Below, piece after piece: positions 28,963 through 37,789 of a stretch of DNA of 64,000 bases. The DNA comes from an uncultured Thermoleophilia bacterium (GTDB lineage Bacteria; Actinomycetota; Thermoleophilia; Gaiellales; Gaiellaceae). Every line of letters begins with the position of its first letter. Position 1 is the stretch's first letter. The notes under the pieces are model-generated. The model saw nothing but the letters and a program-made list of their open reading frames with translations. It did no database searches and was not told the origin of the DNA. The position numbers and the translations under genes were made by a program. Where the stretch lies: positions 144,664 to 208,663 of the forward strand of contig CAWGPJ010000002.1 of NCBI GenBank assembly GCA_963824455.1, given 5' to 3'.

Positions 28963-29093
28963 GCAGGGATTTTCCGACAAAACCCCTGCAAACATGGCGG
29001 TTTTCGGGCGGACGTGCTACCCTGTCGTTCCCCGCCGGTGGAGCCGTCAAGGCCACCGGCACTTTCGCGACTACAGACGGAAGAGGAGCGAGT

Positions 29094-29675
29094 TTGTACA
29101 AGGTCGGCGACAAGGTGGTGTATCCCCACCACGGTGCAGGCACGGTCGTGAAGCGCGAGAAGAAGGAGATTCTCGGCGAGAAACGCGAATACCTCACCAT
29201 CAAGATCCTTCACAACGACATGACCGTGAACGTCCCGGCCGACAACGCAGAGCGCGTCGGGCTTCGCAAGGTGATCGACGAAGAGGCGGTCAAGAAGGTC
29301 GTCAAGTACCTGACCTCGGGCGGCACCGAGATGCCGAAGAACTGGAACCGCCGCTTCAAGCACAACCGCGACAAGATGAAGACCGGCGACATCTACGAGC
29401 TCGCCGAGGTCGTGCGCAACCTGGCGCTGCGCGACGGCGAGAAAGGCCTCTCGACCGGCGAGAAGCAGATGTACGTCAAGGCGAAGAAGATCCTCGCGTC
29501 CGAGCTGATGTACGCGAAGAACATGACCGAGGACGAGGCTCTCGAGTGGCTCGAGGAGACCTTGACCGAGGGCGCGAAGCCGAAGGTGGCCGCGCGGCCC
29601 GCCGTTGCGGCGAAGGCCGCCACGAAGCCGGCTTCGAAGAAGACGCCGGCGAAGAAGACTCCCGCCGCCGCGTAG
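29094..29675 (+). CDS. carD: CarD-family RNA polymerase-binding transcription regulator
   Basis: YKVGDKVVYPHHGAGTV...REYLTIKIL...NWNRRFK, followed by a Lys/Ala-rich tail. TTG start at 29094 after GGAAGAGGAG. Confidence 0.88.
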   Translation: MYKVGDKVVYPHHGAGTVVKREKKEILGEKREYLTIKILHNDMTVNVPADNAERVGLRKVIDEEAVKKVVKYLTSGGTEMPKNWNRRFKHNRDKMKTGDIYELAEVVRNLALRDGEKGLSTGEKQMYVKAKKILASELMYAKNMTEDEALEWLEETLTEGAKPKVAARPAVAAKAATKPASKKTPAKKTPAAA

Positions 29676-29683
29676 GACGACCG

Positions 29684-30358
29684 ATGAGCGTCTGGGCCGT
29701 TCTCGTCGCCGCGGGGCGGGGAGAACGGCTCGGGAGCGACCGGCCGAAGGCGTTCGTCAGGCTGGGCGGGCTGCCGCTGCTTGCCGAGCCGCTTCGGCGG
29801 CTCGACGGCTGCGACGCCGTCGACGCGGTCGTGGTCGTCGTCCCCGCGGGCTGGGAGGAGCCCGCGATCCTGCTCGCGGAGGAGCTCGGCGCCGGAAAGG
29901 TCTCCGCGTGCGTCACCGGGGGCGATACCCGCGCCGAGTCGGTGCAGGCCGGAGTCCGCGAGGTGCCGGCCGACGCGACCGCGATCCTCGTCCACGACGC
30001 GGCGCGCCCGCTGCTCCCCGAGGGGATCGTGGCGCGGGTGCTCGAGCCGCTCGGCGCGGGCTACGACGGTGCGCTGCCGGCGCTCGCCGTCACCGACACG
30101 GTGAAGCGGGCGAGCGGCGGTGTCGTCACCGAGACGCTCGAGCGCAGCGAGCTCGTCTCGGTGCAGACGCCGCAGGCGTTCGCCGCGGCCGCGCTCCGGG
30201 CCGCGCTCGACGCTGCAAGCTCCGGTGCGCTCGACGCTCCCGACTGCGCGTCACTGGTCGAGGCGAACGGCGGGCGCATCCGGGTCGTCGAGGGCGACGA
30301 GCGGCTGCTGAAGGTGACGACGCCTGCCGACCTCGAGCGGGTGGAGTCGTGGCTGTAG
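29684..30358 (+). CDS. ispD: 2-C-methyl-D-erythritol 4-phosphate cytidylyltransferase
   Basis: VLVAAGRGERLG..PKAFV, VHDAARPL, VQTPQAF. Confidence 0.92.
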   Translation: MSVWAVLVAAGRGERLGSDRPKAFVRLGGLPLLAEPLRRLDGCDAVDAVVVVVPAGWEEPAILLAEELGAGKVSACVTGGDTRAESVQAGVREVPADATAILVHDAARPLLPEGIVARVLEPLGAGYDGALPALAVTDTVKRASGGVVTETLERSELVSVQTPQAFAAAALRAALDAASSGALDAPDCASLVEANGGRIRVVEGDERLLKVTTPADLERVESWL

Positions 30359-30930
30359 CGGCGGTGGTGTTCGACGTCGGCGAGACACTCGTCGACGAGA
30401 CGGCGAACTGGGAGCGCGTCGCGGACGACTGCGGAGTGCCGCGCTTCACGCTGATGGCGCTGGTGGGCGCGTCGATCGCCCGCGGGGACTCGCATCGCCG
30501 GGCGCTCGAGCTGCTCGGGATCAGTCCGCCGCGGAGCGCCTTCTTCCACGATCAGTGGTACCCGGATGCGGTGGCGTGCCTCGCAGGGCTGCGCGAGCGT
30601 GGCCTCGTCGTCGGCGCGGCGGGCAACATGGCGATCGAGCACGAGGAGCTGCTCCGGCCGCACGTCGCCTTCGTCGCCTCCTCGGAGCGGCTGGGCGTCG
30701 AGAAGCCCGCCCCCGGCTTCTTCGACCGCGTCGCCGAGCTCGCGGGGGTCGAGCGTGCGAGGATCGCGTACGTGGGCGACCGTGTCGACAACGACATCCT
30801 GCCGGCGCTCGCGGCGGGCATGGTCGCCGTGCACATCCGCCGCGGCCCCTGGGGGTTCCTGCAGGAGCCGCCGCCGGGGGCGATCCGCATCGCGTCGCTC
30901 GCCGAGCTCCCGGCGGTGCTCCCGCCGTGA
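30349..30930 (+). CDS. HAD-superfamily hydrolase
   Basis: Motif I VVFDVGETLVD and motif IV YVGDRVDNDI. The GTG at 30349 overlaps the ispD 3' end. Confidence 0.78.
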   Translation: MAVAAVVFDVGETLVDETANWERVADDCGVPRFTLMALVGASIARGDSHRRALELLGISPPRSAFFHDQWYPDAVACLAGLRERGLVVGAAGNMAIEHEELLRPHVAFVASSERLGVEKPAPGFFDRVAELAGVERARIAYVGDRVDNDILPALAAGMVAVHIRRGPWGFLQEPPPGAIRIASLAELPAVLPP

Positions 30931-31073
30931 GCCGTAGGCTCGACGGAGGCTCACCGAGAGCGGAGGCGTCGGCTTGCCGACGCTGGAGCGGATCTGAACA
31001 TGAGCCGTAGGCTCGCCGGAGGCTCACCGAGAGCGGAGGCGTCGGCTTTGCCGACGCTGGAGCGGATATGAGC
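30928..31073. repeat. 73-bp tandem duplication (2 copies) spanning the HAD stop codon to the ispF start codon
   Basis: TGAGCCGTAGGCTCG(A/C)CGGAGGCTCACCGAGAGCGGAGGCGTCGGCTT(T)GCCGACGCTGGAGCGGAT... occurs at 30928 and again at 31001. Confidence 0.9.
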
Positions 31074-31541
31074 GTGCGGGTCGGTGTCGGGGTCGACGCC
31101 CACGCGCTCGCGGACGGCGTGCCGCTGGTGCTCGGCGGCGTGGAGCTCGACCATCCGCGCGGGCTTGCGGGCCACTCCGACGGCGACGTGCTCGCGCATG
31201 CGCTCGTCGACGCGGTTCTCGGCGCTGCGGGGCTCGGCGACATCGGCTCGCTGTTCCCGTCGGGCGACGAGCGCTACCGCGGCGTCTCCTCGCTCGACCT
31301 GCTCGCCGAGGCCTACGCGCAGGTGCGCGCGGCCGGCTGGACGCTCGTCAACGCCGACTGCGTGCTGATCGGCGAAGCGCCGCGGATCGCGCCGCACCGA
31401 GCCGAGATGCGCCGCCGGCTGTCCTCGGCGCTCGGCGGCGGCGAGGTCAACGTCCGTGCGACGACGACCGACGGCCTCGGGTTCACCGGGCGGGGCGAAG
31501 GGCTCGCGGCGCACGCCGTGGCGCTGCTCGCGCGCGCGTAG
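31068..31541 (+). CDS. ispF: 2-C-methyl-D-erythritol 2,4-cyclodiphosphate synthase
   Basis: VGVGVDAHAL, GLAGHSDGDVLAHALVDA, GDIGSLFP. Confidence 0.95.
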   Translation: MSVRVGVGVDAHALADGVPLVLGGVELDHPRGLAGHSDGDVLAHALVDAVLGAAGLGDIGSLFPSGDERYRGVSSLDLLAEAYAQVRAAGWTLVNADCVLIGEAPRIAPHRAEMRRRLSSALGGGEVNVRATTTDGLGFTGRGEGLAAHAVALLARA

Positions 31542-31544
31542 ATC

Positions 31545-32252
31545 TCAGCCGGGGAGAGTCGCGAGCCCGTCGTCGAGCACGACGAGGCCGTCCCGGGCGA
31601 GCGACGCGACGGCCTCGTGGTCGCCCGGCTGGTCGCCGGCTGCGATCGCCCGCAGTGCGACGGCGCGGCGCTGGCGGAAGGAGCCCTCGAAGCGGCCCTG
31701 CCTGCGCAGCGGCTCGTAGCGCGAGCCGCGCGCCGGGCACAGCTCTGCGAGCGGGCACACCCCGCACCTCGGAATGCGGGCGAGGCACACGGTCGCACCG
31801 AGATCGAACAGCGCCTGCGCGCAGGCTGCGTCGAAATCCTCGCCCGTCCGTGCCTGGACGCGGCGAACGTTCGTGTCGACCGGCAGGACGTCGCGCCCGA
31901 ACGCGAAGTTGTCGAGCGCCGCAGCCGTGTACGGGCCGACGCCGGGGAGCTTCGTCAGGTCGTCCGGCCAGCCGTGGACGGAGACGTGGACGGCCGCCCG
32001 GCGCAGCATGACCGCGCGCCGGTTGTAGCCGAGCCCCTGCCACTCGACGATCGCCTCGGCCGGCGAGGCGGCGGCGAGCGCCCCGGCCGTCGGCCACCGC
32101 TCGAGCCAGCGCAGGTAGCGCGGGATCACGCGCTCGACCTGCGTCTGCTGCAGCATCACCTCGCTGACGAGGATCGCGTACGGGTCGCTCGTCTCGCGCC
32201 AGGGTAGCTGCCGTCCGTTGCGGCGGTACCAGGCGAGCAGCGGCGCTTTCAC
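31545..32252 (-). CDS. A/G-specific adenine glycosylase (MutY family; catalytic HhH-GPD/FeS domain only)
   Basis: LLAWYRRNGRQLPWRETSDPYAILVSEVMLQQTQV, WQGLGYNRRA, LPGVGPYTA, and the cluster C-x6-C-x2-C-x5-C (CLARIPRCGVCPLAELC). Only 235 aa from the GTG at 32252. Confidence 0.8.
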   Translation of the reverse strand: MKAPLLAWYRRNGRQLPWRETSDPYAILVSEVMLQQTQVERVIPRYLRWLERWPTAGALAAASPAEAIVEWQGLGYNRRAVMLRRAAVHVSVHGWPDDLTKLPGVGPYTAAALDNFAFGRDVLPVDTNVRRVQARTGEDFDAACAQALFDLGATVCLARIPRCGVCPLAELCPARGSRYEPLRRQGRFEGSFRQRRAVALRAIAAGDQPGDHEAVASLARDGLVVLDDGLATLPG

Positions 32253-32257
32253 GCGCT

Positions 32258-32827
32258 CTACAGCTCCGCGCCGTGCCAGCGGAGGTCGCGGCCGCCGACC
32301 TCGATCGGCTGCATCGGAGTCGCGTCGCCGACCTCGTGGGCCGGTGCCCACACGCCCCACGAGCGCCGGTAGTACATGAGCGGCGCCAGGCCGTGCCCGA
32401 GTGTGCTGCCCGCCTCGACGCGGCCGATCAGGACGACGTGGTCGCCGATCTCGAGCTCCTGCTCGGTTCGCACCTCCGCCCAGGCGAGGATGTCCTGCTC
32501 GAGCAGGGGCAGCCCGCTCTCGGTGCACCGCCAGGCGACGCGCGCGAACTTGTCCTCCGCCTTCGAGGCGAACAGGAGACAGAGGTCGCTGCGTCCCGCC
32601 CGCATGAAGTTGACGGCGAAGTGACCCTGCGCGCGAACGACCGGAAGCGTCCGTGAGGCGAGGTCGAGGCAGACGAGCAGCGTGGGCGGGTCCGACGAGA
32701 CGCTCGACAGCGCCGTCGTCGTCAGCCCGTACGGCACGCCGCCCCCGTCGGTCGTGGTCACGATCGCCACGCCGGACGGGTACGAGGCCATGATGTCGAA
32801 GAACGCCTGGCGGTCCATCGACCGCAC
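32258..32827 (-). CDS. flavin reductase (NAD(P)H:flavin oxidoreductase, RutF/HpaC-like)
   Basis: FFDIMASYPSGVAIVTT...GLTTTALSSVSSDPPTLLVCL, the signature of the flavin reductase-like domain. Confidence 0.85.
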   Translation of the reverse strand: MRSMDRQAFFDIMASYPSGVAIVTTTDGGGVPYGLTTTALSSVSSDPPTLLVCLDLASRTLPVVRAQGHFAVNFMRAGRSDLCLLFASKAEDKFARVAWRCTESGLPLLEQDILAWAEVRTEQELEIGDHVVLIGRVEAGSTLGHGLAPLMYYRRSWGVWAPAHEVGDATPMQPIEVGGRDLRWHGAEL

Positions 32828-32829
32828 TC

Positions 32830-33912
32830 TTACGCAGCGGCGCCGGCCGCCTCGCGCTCACCGGCGAAGTGCGGGATCACCGTGTGGGCGAAGAGCTCCT
32901 GGTTCTTGATCGCCATCCAGTGCGGTGCGCCGCCCGCGTTGACGGTGATCCCGATCTCGGCCACGCCCTCGCAGACGCGCCTGGTCGCCTCGATGCGCTC
33001 GATCACCTGCTCGGGCGTGCCGACCCACACGTAGTCGTCCTCGATCAGCTTGTCGTACGGGATCTCGGTCAGCGACTCCATGATCCCCGCAGCGTAGAAT
33101 CCGTAGCCCGCCTTGGTGAGCGCGTCCGTCGGCGGCTTCGGCCACTCGGTGAGCGGCGAGGCGTTCCCCTCGATGAAGCCCTTGATCCAGCTCTCGGCCT
33201 CGCGGTGCGCCGTGTCCTCGTCCTCGTCCAGGTGGCACGCGTGGATCCAGACGATGTCGGGCTCGGTGCCGTGCTCGGCACACGAGGCGCGGTAGATGTC
33301 CATCTGCTTCTCCAGCGCGACGTACGGCAGGAGCGGCGGCACGGCGACTCCCCAGCCACGCTCGGCCGCGAGCGTGTACGTGCGGTCCGAGGTCCCGCCC
33401 AGGTAGACGCGGTACTTGCGGTCGACGAACGGGACGACGTGCGAGTCCGGGACGTGGAAGTACGTTCCCTCGTGCGAGAAGCGCTCGTTCTCGAGCGCCT
33501 TCAGCAGCAGGTCGACGGCCTCCTCGTACCGCGGCCGTGCGTGCTCGTCGAGCGGCTCGCCGGCGGGCAGCGGGATCCAGCCGTGCCCGCGGCCCACGCC
33601 CCACTCGTAGCGGCCGCCCGTGAGGATGTCGGTCGCATGGATCACACCTGCCAGGATGGTCGGATTGTGGTACGGCAGCGCGTGCAGCATCGTGCGAAAG
33701 CGGATGTTCCGCGTGCGCTGCGCCGCGGCCGCGAACAGCGCGGTCGGGTTCGTCGAGACCGAGAACTTCGGGAAGAAGTAGTGCTCGATGACCGCATACG
33801 TGTCGTAGCCGAGCCGGTCGGCGTTCACGATCTGCTCGAGCACCTCGGCGTAGAGCTGCTCGGCGGTCTTGCCCGGATGCAGCTGGAGCTCGGAATAGAG
33901 GCTGAACCGCAT
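32830..33912 (-). CDS. LLM-class (luciferase-like) flavin-dependent monooxygenase
   Basis: ADRLGYDTYAVIEHYF, and a TIM-barrel LLM pattern across 360 aa. It is adjacent to the flavin reductase, giving a two-component arrangement. Confidence 0.85.
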   Translation of the reverse strand: MRFSLYSELQLHPGKTAEQLYAEVLEQIVNADRLGYDTYAVIEHYFFPKFSVSTNPTALFAAAAQRTRNIRFRTMLHALPYHNPTILAGVIHATDILTGGRYEWGVGRGHGWIPLPAGEPLDEHARPRYEEAVDLLLKALENERFSHEGTYFHVPDSHVVPFVDRKYRVYLGGTSDRTYTLAAERGWGVAVPPLLPYVALEKQMDIYRASCAEHGTEPDIVWIHACHLDEDEDTAHREAESWIKGFIEGNASPLTEWPKPPTDALTKAGYGFYAAGIMESLTEIPYDKLIEDDYVWVGTPEQVIERIEATRRVCEGVAEIGITVNAGGAPHWMAIKNQELFAHTVIPHFAGEREAAGAAA

Positions 33913-34066
33913 CGTCCCGTCCTTTCTCGGAGAGTCGCCGGACGAACGAAATCAAATATCAAACGGTCTCGCGCGCGGTCAGGCTGCGAGTGAGGCGTGC
34001 AGCGTCTCGAGGCGCTGCCGCGTGCGCTCGTCGGCGGGGGTGTACGCGACGATGCGCGTTCACCGG

Positions 34067-35074
34067 TCAGTCGGGTCCGGCCTGTAGCCCGGTTCGTGTC
34101 GCGTCCCGGCTTCCCGACCTCCACGTCACCACGCCCACGCCGAAGAGGACGACCTCGACGACGGTGATCGCGAGCCGGTTGAGGAGCGTCACCCCGAGCG
34201 CCGGGCCGGGAGTCGTGATCGCGAGCAGCAGCCCGTACATCGACGCCTCGCGTGCGCCGAGCCCCGACGGCACGAAGATCGCGAGCACCGAGACGATCGC
34301 CCCGACCGCCGACACCCCGCCCAGGAATGGAACCGTCGAGAGGCCGGGATTGGTGCCGAGCGAGAGGAAGAGGAAGTAGACGGCGAACCCACCGATCACC
34401 CAGGTCGCGCAGTAGAAGAGCAGGAGGGTCAGCATCAGCGGAAACGGCAACGGATCGAGGGCGCCGGCCCCGAACGGCCGCAGCAGGCGGTCTCCGATCG
34501 GCCTGAAGATGCGCGGATGGAGGAGTGACGCGCAGAGCAGCGCGAAGAGGACGAGCGGCAGCAGCGGTGCGTCGACGCCGCGCACCCACGCGAGGCTGAC
34601 GACGAACACGATCACGCCGGAGATCGCCGAGAGCGCCGCCTCGACGAGGATCGACGCCAGCACGGTCGGCGTCTCCGTCACCCCGGCGGACTTGCGCAGC
34701 GCGACCGTCCGTGCGGCCGGCTGCCAGAGCCCGCCGGGCAGGTACTTGGCGAGCATCGACACCATCTCGGCCTGAAGCGCCGGACGGTACGGCGCGTCGA
34801 TGCCCCACGCGCCGAGCATCCTGATCCAGCCCAGGATGAAGACGAGGTAGTAGACCGCGACCACCCCGAATGCGATCGCGACGTAGCCGAGGCGTGCGTC
34901 CTCGAGCAGCGGGGCCGCCTTCGACCACTCCTTGCGCACCGCCCAGACGCAGAACGCGACCGTCGCGACGACGATCACGAGCTGCAGGGCGAGGGACAGG
35001 CGCTTGTGCGCCCTCAGGTACGCGAGCCCGCCGCGCACGTGTGCGACCAGCCAGAGGTATGCCCCTGCTGCCAT
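34067..35074 (-). CDS. lysylphosphatidylglycerol-synthase-TM-like (UPF0104/flippase-like) membrane protein
   Basis: About 8 TM helices, plus MLAKYLPGGLWQPAAR and FVPSGLGAREA, typical of the LPG_synthase_TM family. Confidence 0.75.
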   Translation of the reverse strand: MAAGAYLWLVAHVRGGLAYLRAHKRLSLALQLVIVVATVAFCVWAVRKEWSKAAPLLEDARLGYVAIAFGVVAVYYLVFILGWIRMLGAWGIDAPYRPALQAEMVSMLAKYLPGGLWQPAARTVALRKSAGVTETPTVLASILVEAALSAISGVIVFVVSLAWVRGVDAPLLPLVLFALLCASLLHPRIFRPIGDRLLRPFGAGALDPLPFPLMLTLLLFYCATWVIGGFAVYFLFLSLGTNPGLSTVPFLGGVSAVGAIVSVLAIFVPSGLGAREASMYGLLLAITTPGPALGVTLLNRLAITVVEVVLFGVGVVTWRSGSRDATRTGLQAGPD

Positions 35075-35099
35075 GGGCAGGAGTCTGCCCGTCAGGCGG

Positions 35100-35318
35100 T
35101 CAGTCGGAGAGGCGGAGCCCGAGCCAGAGGCCCGCTACGCCGCCGACGGCGGCGAACAGGAGGCCCTGGAGCCCGAGCCCGTTGTTGCCCCAGAGCGCCG
35201 GGACGAAGCCTCCGACGAACGTCCCGAACACGGCGCAGAGCATGACGACGGAACGGCCCATTGCCTCATCGTCGGCTTCTCCTCTCCGTCGCTCGACCCT
35301 CGCCCGCGCCGGCTCCAT
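35100..35318 (-). CDS. small two-TM membrane protein (likely starts at the internal ATG at 35261, giving 53 aa)
   Basis: MGRSVVMLCAVFGTFVGGFVPALWG...LLFAAVGGVAGLWLGL forms two Gly-rich hydrophobic helices. It lies 4 nt after the ferredoxin stop. Confidence 0.4.
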   Translation of the reverse strand: MEPARARVERRRGEADDEAMGRSVVMLCAVFGTFVGGFVPALWGNNGLGLQGLLFAAVGGVAGLWLGLRLSD

Positions 35319-35505
35319 GGAGGCTTAACGCAAGCAGCGGGCACGCCTCGACGGCCCTCGCCGCGTGGCGCTCGAGCGACGGCGGGATCGGCGTCTCGTC
35401 GATCATCGCGTAGCCCCACTCGTCCAGGGTGATGCGCTCCGGGAAGAGCTCGGCGCACAGGCCGCGCCCGTCGCAGGCGATCGGGTCGATCCGCAGCTTC
35501 TTCAC
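35266..35505 (-). CDS. small ferredoxin-like protein
   Basis: KLRIDPIACDGRGLCAELFPE...AVEACPLLAL has the Cys pattern of single-cluster ferredoxins. The GTG at 35505 overlaps the NuoF-like stop (GTGA). Confidence 0.65.
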   Translation of the reverse strand: MKKLRIDPIACDGRGLCAELFPERITLDEWGYAMIDETPIPPSLERHAARAVEACPLLALSLHGAGAGEGRATERRSRR

Positions 35506-36707
35506 CGGCGGCCGCCGGGCACGGCGAGCACGCGCCCGTCCCTGCGGCCGCAGCTTCCCCGCTTCGCATGGAGCGCCAGGTCCTCGCCGAAAACGTCGAG
35601 AGCGCTCGAGAGAAAGCCGACCGCGCCGTCCGGGTGGCGGCATGCGCCGCGCCGGCGCACCTGCGCGGCGAGCTCCTCGAGCCGGGCGCCCCGTGAAGCG
35701 CTGCGCGACTCCGCCATCACGTTTGCGATCGCGCGCAGGCCGTGCACGCACGGGCCGCACTGGCCGGCGCTCTGGTCGGCCAGATACGACAGCACGCGTA
35801 CGCACTCCGCCAGGGCGCAGACGTCGGCCGGGAGCACGACGATCGCGCCCGCACCGAGGACGTCGGGTGTGAGCTCCAGGGCGGGCACGTCGCCCGGAGC
35901 GATCCACCGGCCGAACAGCCCGCCGACGAGAACCCCCTGCACGGGGCCCGTCGGATTGCCCGCCCGCTCGATCACCTCGGCGAGGCGCGCGCCGAGCTCG
36001 ATCTCGTACACGCCAGGCCGTGCGACCGAGCCGCCGAGGGTGACCATCGCCGTGCCGGGCGCATCGGGCCGGCCGGCGCCTCGAAACCAGCCCGGCCCGA
36101 AGCGCGCGATCAGGGCGACGTGCGCGAGCGTCTCGGCGTTCGAGACCAGCGTGGGCGCTCCGTCGATCCCCTGTTCGAACGGGAAGGGCGGTTTCAGCGA
36201 CGGCTTGGCGTCCCGGCTCGACAGTGCGTTGACGAGCGCCGTCTCCTCGCCGGCGACGAAGCGGTCGGGGACCGTGGCCGTGCGCAGCCTCGTCTTCCCG
36301 TCGCGGCCGCGGCGCTGTGCGATCGCCTCCTCGACGATCGCGCGCTCGCGCGTCGCGGCGTGCGAGAGGGCGACGACCGCGTCGCGGGCGCCGAGCGCCT
36401 GGCTCGCCGCGACCATCCCGTCGAGGACGAGGTGCGGCGCGACCCGGAGGAGCGCCCGGTCCTTGCCGCTCACGGGCTCGCCCTCGACGGCGTTCGCGAC
36501 GACGACGGGCTGCCCTCCCGCATCGGCGACTGCGCCGAGCTTGGTCGCCGTCGGAAAGGCGGCGCCGCCGCGTCCGCGCAAACCCGCGCGCTCGACGCCC
36601 ACGATCAGGTCGTCGGTCGCGCCGAGCGGCCCGAAGAGCGCGACGTGGTTGTCGAGTGAGGGGGGAAGGCCGCCCGACACGCCGGCCAGCAGCCGCGTCG
36701 AGCTCAC
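35502..36707 (-). CDS. NuoF-like protein (complex I 51-kDa family; SLBB and 4Fe-4S binding region)
   Basis: GLRGRGGAAFPTATK, VANAVEGEPVSGKDR, FVAGEETALVNAL, and SAGQCGPCVHG, the NuoF-type Fe-S motif. Confidence 0.82.
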   Translation of the reverse strand: MSSTRLLAGVSGGLPPSLDNHVALFGPLGATDDLIVGVERAGLRGRGGAAFPTATKLGAVADAGGQPVVVANAVEGEPVSGKDRALLRVAPHLVLDGMVAASQALGARDAVVALSHAATRERAIVEEAIAQRRGRDGKTRLRTATVPDRFVAGEETALVNALSSRDAKPSLKPPFPFEQGIDGAPTLVSNAETLAHVALIARFGPGWFRGAGRPDAPGTAMVTLGGSVARPGVYEIELGARLAEVIERAGNPTGPVQGVLVGGLFGRWIAPGDVPALELTPDVLGAGAIVVLPADVCALAECVRVLSYLADQSAGQCGPCVHGLRAIANVMAESRSASRGARLEELAAQVRRRGACRHPDGAVGFLSSALDVFGEDLALHAKRGSCGRRDGRVLAVPGGRR

Positions 36708-37789
36708 TCCTGTTCCGTCCCGCTCGGCACGGTTGCGGTCAGGCTGCCGCGCACTGCGCCGGTGCTGCTGTCGATCGAGACGACGAGCGTCAGCCGCAGG
36801 TGGTCGCCGGCGCCGTCGACGACGTCCGCGGCGAGCGCGTTGCCGTTGAGGCCGGTCACGTGCCCCTCGTAGAGGGCGCCGGTGGTCGCCGGGACGAACG
36901 AGACGCCGCTGGCCGTCAGCGAGACGCCGCCTCCCGACGGCTCTCCGCGGAGGTCGATCCGCAGTGCGCCGCGTGGTGTACCTCGCAGGCGCAGCTCGAG
37001 GCGGACGGTGACGAGCCCGCTCGCGTCAGCGTGCTGCGAGACGGTTCCCCTCACGCTCGAGGTGAACGAGCGCGGCGGCTGCGCCGTCGTGAGCACGGTC
37101 GACCGGGCGGCCGTTCCTCCGAGCAGCGACGACGGCGTCCCCGCGCGGTGCGCCCAGCCGGACGCGAGCGGGCCGCTGCGGTACCAGCCGAGCACGAGAA
37201 CCGGCACGATGACCGCGGCGGCGAAGCCCGCGGTCCGAGTCGGGCCGGGCCCCGCTGCCAGGCCGAGCCGGGCGACGACGGCGAGGACGACGACGGCGAG
37301 CGAGCCGACGGCGACCGCGGCGAGCCACGACGTGCGCGGATCGCTGCCGGTGCCGAGCGCGTGCACCAGGGCGATCGGCCAGCACGCGTAGGCGAGCCAG
37401 TGGACCGAGCGCCAAATGCGCACGCCGATGCGCGCGCGGAGCAGGCTCGTCACCACGATCGCGAGCAGGAGGTCGAACGCGACGGCGCCGAGGCCGAGCC
37501 ACAGCGGGCGGTATGCGGAGGCGAACGGCACGACGGCGTCCGTGAGGCGAATCGGCGCGTAGCCGTCGGCGACCGTCGTCACCACGTGAACGGCGACGAA
37601 CGCGATCGCGAGCAGCGTGAGGTTCCGGTGCATCCCGGCGACGGCGAAGCGCGGCCAGCGCCGGAGCTTCACGCCGAGGGTGGTCGTGACGCCGAGCAGG
37701 ACCGACGCCGTCAGGAGGAGCAACGCGACGACGCCTGTGCCCCGCGTCAGGTACCACAGCTCCTTGGCGTTGCCCGCCGCGGCGATCAT
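36704..37789 (-). CDS. ferric-reductase-like transmembrane protein with a C-terminal extracytoplasmic domain
   Basis: Six TM helices with conserved His pairs (GMHRNLTLLAIAFVAVHV; WRSVHWLAYACWPIALVHAL), as in the MsrQ/FRD family, then a beta-rich tail of about 130 aa. ATGA and GTGA overlaps on both sides. Confidence 0.75.
   Translation of the reverse strand: MIAAAGNAKELWYLTRGTGVVALLLLTASVLLGVTTTLGVKLRRWPRFAVAGMHRNLTLLAIAFVAVHVVTTVADGYAPIRLTDAVVPFASAYRPLWLGLGAVAFDLLLAIVVTSLLRARIGVRIWRSVHWLAYACWPIALVHALGTGSDPRTSWLAAVAVGSLAVVVLAVVARLGLAAGPGPTRTAGFAAAVIVPVLVLGWYRSGPLASGWAHRAGTPSSLLGGTAARSTVLTTAQPPRSFTSSVRGTVSQHADASGLVTVRLELRLRGTPRGALRIDLRGEPSGGGVSLTASGVSFVPATTGALYEGHVTGLNGNALAADVVDGAGDHLRLTLVVSIDSSTGAVRGSLTATVPSGTEQE

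Noticed and set aside
36740-36790. IDSSTGAV in the ferric-reductase-like protein tail as the ApbE flavinylation site.
   Set aside because: The consensus requires Ser or Thr at the last position (the acceptor residue), and here it is Val. I do not claim this protein is the flavinylated substrate.
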